Source: Capsulimonadaceae bacterium (GTDB lineage: Bacteria; Armatimonadota; Armatimonadia; Armatimonadales; Capsulimonadaceae). From it: a stretch of 64,000 bases of DNA. This document shows, piece after piece, positions 35,955-47,388 of this stretch (position 1 is its first letter; each line of letters opens with the position of its first letter). The stretch spans positions 1,312,001 through 1,376,000 of the forward strand of contig OZ244065.1 of NCBI GenBank assembly GCA_965215505.1. Reading direction: 5' to 3'. The position numbers were made by a program, and so were the translations under genes. The notes below the pieces were generated by a model that saw only the letters and a list, made by a program, of their open reading frames with translations, did no database searches and was not told the DNA's origin.

Positions 35955-36923
35955 ATGAGAGTCATCACCCTCGAAGAGCATTTTACGACACCCCTCTACC
36001 GGGAGGCCACGGCCCCCCTCACGGCGGGGCAGAAGACAAGCGAGCATATGCAGACGATCCAGCGCAAGCAGGCGGACCTCGGCGACGGGCGCATTGCGGA
36101 CATGGACGCGGCGGGCGTTGACCTTCAGGTCCTGTCCCTCTCCGGCATCCTCCTGGATGCCCTGGACCCGCAGGCCGCGACCGCCGTGGCGCGTGACGCC
36201 AACGACAAGGCGGCGGAGGCGGTGCGGGCGTATCCCGGCCGCTTCGCCGCACTGGCCGCGCTGGGCCTCCACGAGCCTGAGCAGGCGGCGGATGAACTCC
36301 GGCGGTGTGTTCAGGAACTCGGTTTTCGGGGGGCCATCGTCAACGGGACGAGCGGCGCCTTGTTCCTCGACGACCCGCGCTTCTTCCCCGTCTTCCAGGC
36401 CGCCCAGGAACTGGACGTGCCTGTCTATCTCCATCCCGCCCCGCCCCCGCGCGTGGTCCAGGAGGCTTACTACGGCGGCCTGCCGGACGGGTACGGGCAG
36501 GCGCTCTCTATCGCGGCCTGGGGGTGGCACACGGAGACGGGCCTGCACGCCCTGCGGCTGATGGCTTCCGGCCTCTTTGACCGCCTCCCCGGCCTCCAGG
36601 TCATCATCGGACACATGGGGGAGGACCTGCCGTTCTCCCTCGCCCGCGCCGAGTCCATCCTGGCCCAGCAGGCCCGCCCCCTGGAGAAGCCGCTGACGGA
36701 GACCTTCCGCACCCACTTCCATGTTACGACCAGCGGCTACTTCACCCTGCCGCCGTTCCTGTGCGCGCTGATGGTGGTCGGCGCGGACCGCCTGCTGTTC
36801 TCCGTGGACTACCCGTTCAGCACGAACGACCAGGGCCGGGCGTTCCTCGACTCGCTGCCCGTCAGCGGGGACGACAAAGAGAAGATCGCCCACGGCAACG
36901 CCGAGCGGCTTCTGAAACTCTGA
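35955..36923 (+). CDS. amidohydrolase-2 family protein (ACMSD/aromatic acid decarboxylase-like)
   Basis: ITLEEH, VYLHP, IIGHMGE, TTSG, FSVDYPF, HGNAERLL. Confidence 0.9.
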   Translation: MRVITLEEHFTTPLYREATAPLTAGQKTSEHMQTIQRKQADLGDGRIADMDAAGVDLQVLSLSGILLDALDPQAATAVARDANDKAAEAVRAYPGRFAALAALGLHEPEQAADELRRCVQELGFRGAIVNGTSGALFLDDPRFFPVFQAAQELDVPVYLHPAPPPRVVQEAYYGGLPDGYGQALSIAAWGWHTETGLHALRLMASGLFDRLPGLQVIIGHMGEDLPFSLARAESILAQQARPLEKPLTETFRTHFHVTTSGYFTLPPFLCALMVVGADRLLFSVDYPFSTNDQGRAFLDSLPVSGDDKEKIAHGNAERLLKL

Positions 36924-36958
36924 GGGTGATGCTTGTTGTACGCCGGGAGGGGAAGCGA

Positions 36959-37312
36959 ATGGGTTTTCGTCGCAAGAAAGAAGACGTGAAGACCGCACAT
37001 AGATGGAAGCAGTTTGTTTCCGACAATGCGACCCTGATACAAGAGGTCGGCTTGCCGCTGTGGATCAGTGATGAGCATGACTATTGGCAGGATGTCATCT
37101 ACTATGGATACCCTGAGCAGTACCAGGAGCGGAACCCCTCGTCCGTGCCGATGTTCAACTTGACAACGGCAAAGCCGTCAGAGTTGGTGGGATTTGTGGG
37201 GCTTCTTAGCCTGTATTTTGAGGATGGCTTTGCCTACTGTGATCCTGAGTTTTTGAAGTGGCAAGACCGTGAGGCCCATGACCGGATCGCGGCCCGGTTC
37301 GCACCTGCCTGA
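36959..37312 (+). CDS. hypothetical protein, AT-richer
   Basis: GGGAGG RBS. 117-aa ORF rich in aromatic residues. Confidence 0.6.
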   Translation: MGFRRKKEDVKTAHRWKQFVSDNATLIQEVGLPLWISDEHDYWQDVIYYGYPEQYQERNPSSVPMFNLTTAKPSELVGFVGLLSLYFEDGFAYCDPEFLKWQDREAHDRIAARFAPA

Positions 37313-37360
37313 AGTGTTTCGAGTAGCCCGACCGATACCGCACCGGGCAGGGGTAAACAG

Positions 37361-37915
37361 ATGCTCATCGCGATAGCGCCCCCGGAGTTCAATGTTGACT
37401 GCGACCTGAAGTACGCCACCGCCGACAACTTCACGGGCGAGGCTGTCTACCGGTCGGCCCTCTGTTATCTCCACCACGACGCCGCACGGACCTTGCAGCA
37501 GGCCATCGCGCTGGCCGCGCCGCTCGGGCTGGGCTTCCTCGTTTATGACGCCTTCCGCCCCGCCGAGGCGCAGCAAAGGTTGTGGGACCACACGCCGGAC
37601 CCGACGTTCCTCGCCGACCCCGCCACAGGCTCAAACCACTCGCGCGGCGTCGCGGTTGACCTGACGCTGATGGACGCCGACACACGCCGGCCGCTCGACA
37701 TGGGCACCGCGTTCGACGACTTCACCCCGCTGTCCGCGCACGGCTGCACTGAGGTTCCCGCCGAGGCCCAGCGGAACCGCCTCCTGCTGCTGGGCCTCAT
37801 GACGGCGGCGGGCTGGGACTTCTACGCCGACGAGTGGTGGCACTATCAGCTCCCGAACGCGCGTGCCGAGTACCCGCTGCTGGGCAACGCCGACATGGGG
37901 ACGGGGATGGTGTAG
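37361..37915 (+). CDS. ddpX: D-alanyl-D-alanine dipeptidase (M15D, VanX/DdpX family)
   Basis: KYATADNFTG, YDAFRP, SNHSRGVAVDLTL, DMGTAFDDF, EWWHY. Confidence 0.92.
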   Translation: MLIAIAPPEFNVDCDLKYATADNFTGEAVYRSALCYLHHDAARTLQQAIALAAPLGLGFLVYDAFRPAEAQQRLWDHTPDPTFLADPATGSNHSRGVAVDLTLMDADTRRPLDMGTAFDDFTPLSAHGCTEVPAEAQRNRLLLLGLMTAAGWDFYADEWWHYQLPNARAEYPLLGNADMGTGMV

Positions 37916-38065
37916 GACGTTACCCCATGCCCACGAGTATCGGCACAGATCATCACCGGAGAGAGTCATACACGGGACTAATCTCAGTCTGCACTACCTC
38001 GTACTTTTCGATAGGCTTCCCATGGCCGACGGATTTATCCCGGTCTTCCATGACCATTATCCTGA

Positions 38066-38224
38066 ACGAGTGATTGAAATCACTCGCTGATTGGGACCTG
38101 TCCAGGGGACAGAAGAAGGAAGGACAGAAAAAGGAAGGACAGAAGAGGCAAGCACCAGCGGAGCCATCGGCTCTACTTGTCCCCTGGACGAATCCGACCG
38201 GAGCGAGTGATTTCAATCACTCGT
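38066..38224. repeat. REPIN-like element: two inverted palindromic REP units, an inner IR and a short tandem repeat
   Basis: ACGAGTGATTGAAATCACTCGCT (38066-88) is the reverse complement of 38202-24. Inner arms GTCCAGGGGACA/TGTCCCCTGGAC. About 3 tandem GGACAGAARAAGGAA-like units. Confidence 0.85.
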
Positions 38225-38370
38225 CCGCACTCCCCCGCTCCCTCCAGCCCGTTCGCCCTGTCGCCTATGGCAGACAGTCCGATACATCGCCCTCACCCTA
38301 CTATGTCAGCTATTCATGCAAAGCGAGCATCGCGGCAGGAAAACGGCTGCTCGGTGCCGAAGTCTGCCGT

Positions 38371-40287
38371 ATGTACTTCTGTTTCGGCCTGCTCGCGGGC
38401 CTCCGTCAAGCCGATTGTTCCCGTGCGCTTCGGAGTCGTCCGGCGCTCGCCCTTCTCGGCGCTGCCTATCTCCTCGGGCTATGCGGCCTGATGGGGCGGG
38501 GCGCGCGGGCCGACACGACGCTGTGGCAGATCGGGGCCGGCGACGACTCCGCCGCCGAGTTCGGCGACTACCCGAAGGCACCCATAACGAAGGTAATCGT
38601 CCCCGGCTCGGCGAGCGGCCGGGACGTTCCGAAGGGTCTTAAGGCCGACGCCGACCCCGTCGTGGAGATCGCTTACGGCGTCAAGACGGTCCCCCATAAT
38701 GGCGCGGAGTTCTCCTTCAAGCTGCTCGACGCCCCGGCCTCCGGCGCGGAGATGGCGGTCTTTTCCAACGGCACAATGGCTGGGCTGATTCAGTTGTGGG
38801 GGACCTCGGGGACGAGCAGCCCCTACAAGTGGAGGAAGACCTACCGCCTTTACATCCCGAAAGAGATGCTCCGGCCGGGCCGGAACGTCCTGCGGCTGGA
38901 AGCCACGCGGCCCCTCTGGAGTCCCGAGTCGGTGAACGGCCGCCTGTGGTGCGAGTGGGACTATCTGAAGCTGGCCGCCCTGAGCCGCCCCGCCGCCGAA
39001 CCGGTGCAGGGGGCCGTCGCCTATCTGGGGACGACGCTCAAGAACGGCCAGTTCTTCATCAACGACGACACCCTGAAGCTGGCCCCGGTCTTGCTCCCCT
39101 GGCTGGGAATCGCCTACAGCGGCAACACCATGCGCGCCGACTTCTGGGAAGACGTCGGCTCCCAGCAGCCGCGCCGGCTGGAGTACCTGGAAGCCCTGCG
39201 CGGCCTCAACATGACCGTGGCCGTGGATCACATCAGCGGCTACCATTTCAAGGACGACGCCTCGGGCCAGATGCCCCCGCAGACGCGCGCCGCGCTCGAC
39301 GACTTTTTCGCCCGCTACGGCGGCCTGTTCCAGTTTTATGAGCTTGGCAACGAGCCGTGCATGTTCGGCGGCGGGCTGACCGAAACCCTGCAAATCGCCC
39401 GCTATTTGGGCCGCATCAAGCCCGCCCATGTCCAGCTCGTCGCGCCCGGCTGGGCCTACGGCGGCGGCAAGGGGACGCCTAAAGATTGGGACGCCGACCC
39501 GGCCAACCGCCGTCAGGTGGAGGCGCTGTGCCAGCTCACGAACGGTCACTCATACGGCTACTCCTACGCGAACGATAAGGGCGGCAGCTTCATCGAGAAC
39601 CTGAACACCTTCGGCGGCGTCGAGGACGGGTGGCCGCGCCCGTACCTGAACACCGAGACGGGGACGAATGACTGGCACTCGGAGGAGAACGGCCCCAAGC
39701 TGGCCTCCTCACAGCCCCACGCCCAGGCCTTCGACCGCATCCTGCGCGCGCACCTGGCCGTGGTTGACCGGACCATGCAGCACGCCGCCATCTTCGACGA
39801 GTTCGGCCTGTTCCAGATGCCGGCCAATTTCGCCGACCTTTCCACCTTGACCGCCACGCCGGGCGTCGGCGGCGAGGACGGCCGCGTACAGACGTTCCGC
39901 CGCCTGGCGCTCGCCTATGCCACCCACGGGGCACCGCTGCCGTTTTCCTACCTGAACCGGCCCGAGATGGCGGGGCGGCACGTCCTCTTCCGCGCGGTCA
40001 ACACGGCGACTTTAGCTCCGCTTCCCGGCAGCGGCGGCAGGTCGGACAAGGTCCTGCTGAACTTCGTCAGCTTCGAGAACACGCCGCAGCGGGTGCGGGT
40101 GCGGGTGACACTGCCGCAGGCGGGCCGGTACACCGGCGACCGCTTCGGCCCCGGCCGGACCTATGCCGACGCGCACAGCCGCGTGACCCTCGCCGCGGCC
40201 CCGACCGTGGACCTGGACGTCACCCTGCCTCCGCGCGAGTCCTTCCAGTACATCCTTACGCCCCCTGCCCGTTCGCCCCGGCAGTGA
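38371..40287 (+). CDS. secreted clan GH-A-like glycoside hydrolase with an N-terminal galactose-binding-like domain
   Basis: Signal-like N-terminus, 'IPKEMLRPGRNVLRL', acid/base 'YELGNEP', nucleophile-like 'NTETG'. Start is uncertain. Confidence 0.65.
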   Translation: MYFCFGLLAGLRQADCSRALRSRPALALLGAAYLLGLCGLMGRGARADTTLWQIGAGDDSAAEFGDYPKAPITKVIVPGSASGRDVPKGLKADADPVVEIAYGVKTVPHNGAEFSFKLLDAPASGAEMAVFSNGTMAGLIQLWGTSGTSSPYKWRKTYRLYIPKEMLRPGRNVLRLEATRPLWSPESVNGRLWCEWDYLKLAALSRPAAEPVQGAVAYLGTTLKNGQFFINDDTLKLAPVLLPWLGIAYSGNTMRADFWEDVGSQQPRRLEYLEALRGLNMTVAVDHISGYHFKDDASGQMPPQTRAALDDFFARYGGLFQFYELGNEPCMFGGGLTETLQIARYLGRIKPAHVQLVAPGWAYGGGKGTPKDWDADPANRRQVEALCQLTNGHSYGYSYANDKGGSFIENLNTFGGVEDGWPRPYLNTETGTNDWHSEENGPKLASSQPHAQAFDRILRAHLAVVDRTMQHAAIFDEFGLFQMPANFADLSTLTATPGVGGEDGRVQTFRRLALAYATHGAPLPFSYLNRPEMAGRHVLFRAVNTATLAPLPGSGGRSDKVLLNFVSFENTPQRVRVRVTLPQAGRYTGDRFGPGRTYADAHSRVTLAAAPTVDLDVTLPPRESFQYILTPPARSPRQ

Positions 40288-40401
40288 CGGCGCTCTGCCG
40301 GAGGCCCGGCAGGAAATTCACCGGCGGCCGGCGAACACCAAGGGCGGCAGGGTGGCCGGGCGATTGGGCCGGCCTCTGCCGCACCCTAAAGACCGGAGAA
40401 C

Positions 40402-42945
40402 ATGTCCATGCTTTCTTGTTCCCGCCCGAGGCGCAGGCTGCCCCTCGCCGCCTTCGGTGTCACGCTGCTTGGGTTGACCCATTTCCCCCACCCCGCCCGC
40501 GCCCAGACCGCCGTTCTGACGCAGAACAACGACAACGCGCGGACGGGCGCGAACACCGCCGAGGCGACGCTGACGCCCGCCGCCGTGAGCGGCGGCCATT
40601 TCGGCAAGCTGTTCACGATCACCGGCCTGAACGCCGACGTCAATGGCCAGGCCCTCTATGTCCCGCGCGTCACCGTCAGTGGGGCGGTTCATAACGTCCT
40701 CTACGCCTACACGTCCAACAACACCGACCACTCCCCGTGCGGGCTGTACGCCTTCGACGCCGACACCGGTGCGGCCCTCTGGCGGACGGCACTGCCGAAT
40801 TCCGCCACCTACACCACCGCCGCCCCCGTCATTGATCAGGCCGCCGACACACTGTATGTGCTGACAAAGACCGACAACGACGACACCGGGCTGACCTTCC
40901 TGCGCGCCTTCGACATCACGACCGGCGCGGAGAGGAACGGCAGCCCCGTTCAGGTCACGGCCAGCGTGCCGGGCACCGGAGACGGCAGCGTGGGCGGCGT
41001 CGTCTCCTTCGACGGGCCGGCGGCGGGCGGGCGCTTCCACGCCAACGACCGGCCGGCCCTGCTGCTCTTGAACGGCGTCGTTTATGCCGCCTTCGCCCAC
41101 AACTCCGACAGCTTCCCCTACCACGGCTGGATCATCGGCTACCGCTATGACGGCTCCCACTTCACCCAGACGGCGGTCTTCTGCACCACCCCGAACGGCG
41201 GCGACGGCGGCGTCTGGCAGGCCGGCAAGGGGCTGACGGCGGACGCGGCGGGGTTCCTCTACTGCTCGGTCGGCAACGGCACGTTCGACGCGAACACCAA
41301 AGGCATCACGTCGGGCACGGACTACGGCATGTGCTACCTGAAGATGCGCGCCTCGGACCTGTCCGTCGTGGACTGGTTCGCCCCCCATGACGAGCAGACT
41401 CAGAGCAGCAAGGATTTGGACCTGGGCAACAGCGGTTTGGTGGGCATCCCCGGCACGACGCGGCTGTTCGGGGGCGCGACCAAATTCGGGACGGGCTTCC
41501 TGCTGGACAGCACGAACCTGGGGCAGTTCACGGCGGGCGGTCCGGACAAGGCGCTGCTGCGCCTGGACGGCCTGACGGGCGACGACTCGGTGGGCCAGAA
41601 CCCGGTTTCCTGGGACGCGGGGGCGGTCAAGTACGTCTACCTGTGGGCGGGCGGCTCCAACCCGGAGCAGTTCCGGTATGACCCTGCCGTGGGCACGTTC
41701 AGCCCGGCAGGCACCTATAAGGAGGGCAGCGGGCTGACATCGGGCGCCTCGCTGGCCCTCTCCTCGGCGGGCACCGGCGGCGGCATCCTCTGGGGCGTGG
41801 GCGGCGACAACATCGTCCGGGCCTTCGACGCCTCGGATGTTTCCAAAACGCCGTTCTGGACCAGCGCCCAGAACTCCGCGCGGGACGGCCTGCCCTCGGT
41901 GGGGCACTTCCAGTTCCCGACGGTCGTGGACGGCAAGGTTTATGTCCCGACCGGTGCCCACACCATCGCCGTCTACGGCCTGCTGACCCCGCCCCCCGTC
42001 CACACGCACCTGCTGTGGAATAACAGCGACGGCCGCGTCATGCTGTGGAGCGTCGCCCCCGACGGCTCCTTCACGCTCAACGGCTTCGGGCCGTACACCG
42101 ACGGGGCACCGCAGAACGTCTGGCACGCCACCGCCGTCGCGACGGGGCCGGACGGCAAGAGCCACCTGCTCTGGAACAACACGGACGGGCGCGTCATGCT
42201 CTGGACCGTGGACGACGGCGGCAGCTTCACCTACTCCGGCTACGGGCCGTACACGGACGGGGCGGCGGGCAACGCCTGGAGCGCGACGGCGGTTTCGGTG
42301 GGTCCTGACAATGTCGTGCACCTGCTGTGGAACAACACCGACGGGCGCGTCATGCTGTGGAACGTCGCCCAGGACTTCAGCTTCAATTTGGCCGGGTACG
42401 GCCCGTACACCGATACCTCGGTCAGCCAGGACCCCGGCAACCTGTGGTCGGCGGCAGCCCTTGCGACCGGGCCGGACAACAAGAGCCGGATCGCCTGGAA
42501 CAACGCCGACGGCCGCGTCATGCTCTGGGACGTGGATTCGGCGTTCAACTTCACCCTGGCGGGCTACGGCCCCTACACCGACGGGGCACCCCAGAACAAG
42601 TGGAGCGCGGCGGGCGTCTCGGTGGGCGCGGACAACCTGACCCACCTGCTGTGGAGCAACACGGACCACCGGGCCATGTTCTGGGACGTTGACAGCGCGT
42701 TCGGCTTCACGCTGGCCGGCTATGGCCCCTACACCGACAACAGGGCGAACAACCTGTGGTCGGCCACTGCCCTCGCGACGGGTCCGGACGGCCTGAGCCA
42801 CATCCTGTGGGGCAACACGGACGACCGGGCGATGCTGTGGGGTGTTGATAGTGCCTTTGGCTTCACCGTCGCGGGCTACGGGCCGTACACCGACAACGGC
42901 GCGAACAACCTCTGGTCGGTGACTGCCGTTTCCGCAGGCCCCTGA
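40402..42945 (+). CDS. secreted PQQ-like beta-propeller protein with six C-terminal ~52-aa repeats
   Basis: 'VLTQNNDNARTGAN..E..LTP...FGKLF', 'GGVWQAG', 'DLDLG', 'FQFPTVVDGKVYV'. Repeats occupy 42001-42942. Confidence 0.85.
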   Translation: MSMLSCSRPRRRLPLAAFGVTLLGLTHFPHPARAQTAVLTQNNDNARTGANTAEATLTPAAVSGGHFGKLFTITGLNADVNGQALYVPRVTVSGAVHNVLYAYTSNNTDHSPCGLYAFDADTGAALWRTALPNSATYTTAAPVIDQAADTLYVLTKTDNDDTGLTFLRAFDITTGAERNGSPVQVTASVPGTGDGSVGGVVSFDGPAAGGRFHANDRPALLLLNGVVYAAFAHNSDSFPYHGWIIGYRYDGSHFTQTAVFCTTPNGGDGGVWQAGKGLTADAAGFLYCSVGNGTFDANTKGITSGTDYGMCYLKMRASDLSVVDWFAPHDEQTQSSKDLDLGNSGLVGIPGTTRLFGGATKFGTGFLLDSTNLGQFTAGGPDKALLRLDGLTGDDSVGQNPVSWDAGAVKYVYLWAGGSNPEQFRYDPAVGTFSPAGTYKEGSGLTSGASLALSSAGTGGGILWGVGGDNIVRAFDASDVSKTPFWTSAQNSARDGLPSVGHFQFPTVVDGKVYVPTGAHTIAVYGLLTPPPVHTHLLWNNSDGRVMLWSVAPDGSFTLNGFGPYTDGAPQNVWHATAVATGPDGKSHLLWNNTDGRVMLWTVDDGGSFTYSGYGPYTDGAAGNAWSATAVSVGPDNVVHLLWNNTDGRVMLWNVAQDFSFNLAGYGPYTDTSVSQDPGNLWSAAALATGPDNKSRIAWNNADGRVMLWDVDSAFNFTLAGYGPYTDGAPQNKWSAAGVSVGADNLTHLLWSNTDHRAMFWDVDSAFGFTLAGYGPYTDNRANNLWSATALATGPDGLSHILWGNTDDRAMLWGVDSAFGFTVAGYGPYTDNGANNLWSVTAVSAGP

Positions 42946-43071
42946 CCGCTTCATGCTTTCCCGGAAGAGAGGGCATACCGGCTGGTGCGCCCCCTCCTCC
43001 CATTCCCCAGCGTCCGCAGCGACCAGAAGTGTGGCTTTTCGAGTGCATCGCGCGACAAGTGCTTCTTTTGC

Positions 43072-43101
43072 TTGACACCCCGGCCCCCACCCCGCTATAC
43101 T
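43072..43101 (+). promoter_or_regulatory. sigma70-type promoter of acnA
   Basis: TTGACA-N18-TATACT, 35 nt upstream of the ATG. Confidence 0.7.
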
Positions 43102-43136
43102 GAGTGTAAAGATTTTGAGCAAAGGGACCCCGCTAC

Positions 43137-46067
<2,931 letters not shown>

Positions 46068-46075
46068 GCGGAAGA

Positions 46076-46105
46076 GGCCCCCTGCCGGTTGGCGGGGGGC
46101 TTTTT
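46076..46105 (+). terminator. intrinsic terminator after acnA
   Basis: GC-rich hairpin followed by TTTTT. Confidence 0.8.
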
Positions 46106-46274
46106 GCTGCCTGGGGCGAGCGGCACTTTTGGACCTACCCCCGCCGCGAGCGGCGACCCCTCCCTGTTAGGGAAGGGTGAGAGGGGAAACTGTTCGTTTT
46201 GGTTTTGGCAGCCGGCCCCCGGCCCAGAAAAAGCCCCCACCCCAGCCCCTCCCTTTGCAACGATTACAGGCCGC

Positions 46275-46303
46275 GTAGGGGCAGGCCCCTGTGCCTGCCG
46301 TCC
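46275..46303 (+). repeat. GTAG-type REP palindrome
   Basis: GTAGGGGCAGGCCCCTGTGCCTGCC. A related unit lies on the minus strand at 54720-54742. Confidence 0.65.
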
Positions 46304-46618
46304 ATGGGCGAATGCCGAGGGGCGTCTGTTAGGAGGGTAAGAGGAGCGGCGAGGCTGACTTGGGGGACGCTTCTTTTGGTGGCAGGTTTGGTATAATGCC
46401 TTGTGGGGACAGGCAACCGGGCGTTGCGCGAATGTTCTTTGTCGCGATAATAGCCTCTATGGGAGCGTGTCTTGCCGCGAGCAGTTCGCGGGGTTGGCAG
46501 CGATCGTTGTTGCTGTAAGTTGCTGCGGCCAGCTCGCGGCGAAAGCCGCTGTTATAGTAGCAAGTTAGACCGCTGGACCGCGGGTTTTCTGTTGCCCGTT
46601 GCCAAAAAAGGAAATGTC

Positions 46619-46858
46619 ATGACGCCTAAAGTGAGATTCTGCCGCAATGTTGTTGCCGGCGCGGGAATGTTTATTCTGCTGGGTGCGGTTTCTTCAGTCG
46701 TCATAAATCCTGCTAAGTGGTGGGATGGGTTGGAGATGTTTGGTGTGGCCTTCATGTGCTGGACTATTGTAGGCCAAATCAACAGGCGAGAGGGCGGCTG
46801 GCACAAGGAAGCCTTCATTAAGAACTCGGATACCGAGTCGGAGCCATGGTCCGCCTGA
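46619..46858 (+). CDS. cassette 1 gene: small two-TM protein
   Basis: AAAGGA RBS. The stop codon falls inside the R'' box of attC1. Confidence 0.7.
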   Translation: MTPKVRFCRNVVAGAGMFILLGAVSSVVINPAKWWDGLEMFGVAFMCWTIVGQINRREGGWHKEAFIKNSDTESEPWSA

Positions 46859-46951
46859 CACCGTGCTGCACCTGACGTCACCTGCGCCTTGTCCTGTTCG
46901 CATTCGTTTGGCTGTGCGGGCAGATGTCGCCGGTGAGCGCCACCGTTGGGC
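46853..46951 (+). repeat. attC site 1
   Basis: R'' GCCTGAC, L'' GCTGCACC, L' GGTGAGC (extrahelical-base pattern), R' GTTGGGC. 99 bp. Confidence 0.8.
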
Positions 46952-46983
46952 CGCAGACGCAAGCTCCAATGGTTAAAGAGGTC

Positions 46984-47268
46984 ATGAAAGACAGGCTCAC
47001 TAATTTTATCAAACGGTGTTTTAATCCAAGCAATTGGCTATCGCTATTCAACCAGCGTTGCCCAGTGTGCAAGCGAAAGGAGCTAGAATTCATCGCTGGC
47101 TTGCTTCGTTCTCATCCCAGGCCGACCCCAAACTATTACCAATGTCGCCACTGTGGGGCTAGGTCAAAGCAATTGTTCAATGGCCCTTTGGAGGATGCGT
47201 CCGGGCGCGAGGACAGCCGCTACTATGATCCGAGTCATGTAGGGCATAAGCATCACCGGCTGATGTAG
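46984..47268 (+). CDS. cassette 2 gene: small zinc-ribbon protein
   Basis: CPVC...CRHC, AGAGG RBS; alternative ATG at 46969. Confidence 0.65.
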   Translation: MKDRLTNFIKRCFNPSNWLSLFNQRCPVCKRKELEFIAGLLRSHPRPTPNYYQCRHCGARSKQLFNGPLEDASGREDSRYYDPSHVGHKHHRLM

Positions 47269-47282
47269 CTTCACTTGTTGCG

Positions 47283-47380
47283 GCCCAACACGGCGCTGCA
47301 CCGGACGTCACCCGTCATTTCGCTCTGCTGGGTCAATTGGCTGTGCCGTTAGGTGTCGCCGGTGAGCGCCCCCGTTAGGA
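47283..47380 (+). repeat. attC site 2
   Basis: R'' GCCCAAC (exact complement of GTTGGGC at the start of this cassette), GCTGCACC...GGTGAGC, R' GTTAGGA. 98 bp, highly similar to attC1. Confidence 0.85.
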
Positions 47381-47388
47381 AACATACC

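Larger units (their letters stand above)
46551..47380 (+). mobile_element. integron gene-cassette array lacking an integrase (CALIN-like)
   Basis: An attI-like GTTATAG-tagcaa-GTTAGAC and two similar attC sites flank small AT-richer co-oriented ORFs. Confidence 0.8.

Noticed and set aside
36959-37360. AT-richer small genes (here and at 14677) as further integron cassettes
   Set aside because: No attC-like RYYYAAC...GTTRRRY palindrome follows them.
37361-37915. Vancomycin resistance cluster
   Set aside because: A lone dipeptidase without vanH/vanA/vanRS, consistent with housekeeping DdpX.
38107-38150. Short tandem repeats as a CRISPR array
   Set aside because: About 15-nt units with no unique spacers, inside a REPIN, and no cas genes.
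42001-42945. ~156-bp DNA repeats as a CRISPR or DGR array
   Set aside because: They are in-frame protein repeats with synonymous variation, and no reverse transcriptase is present.
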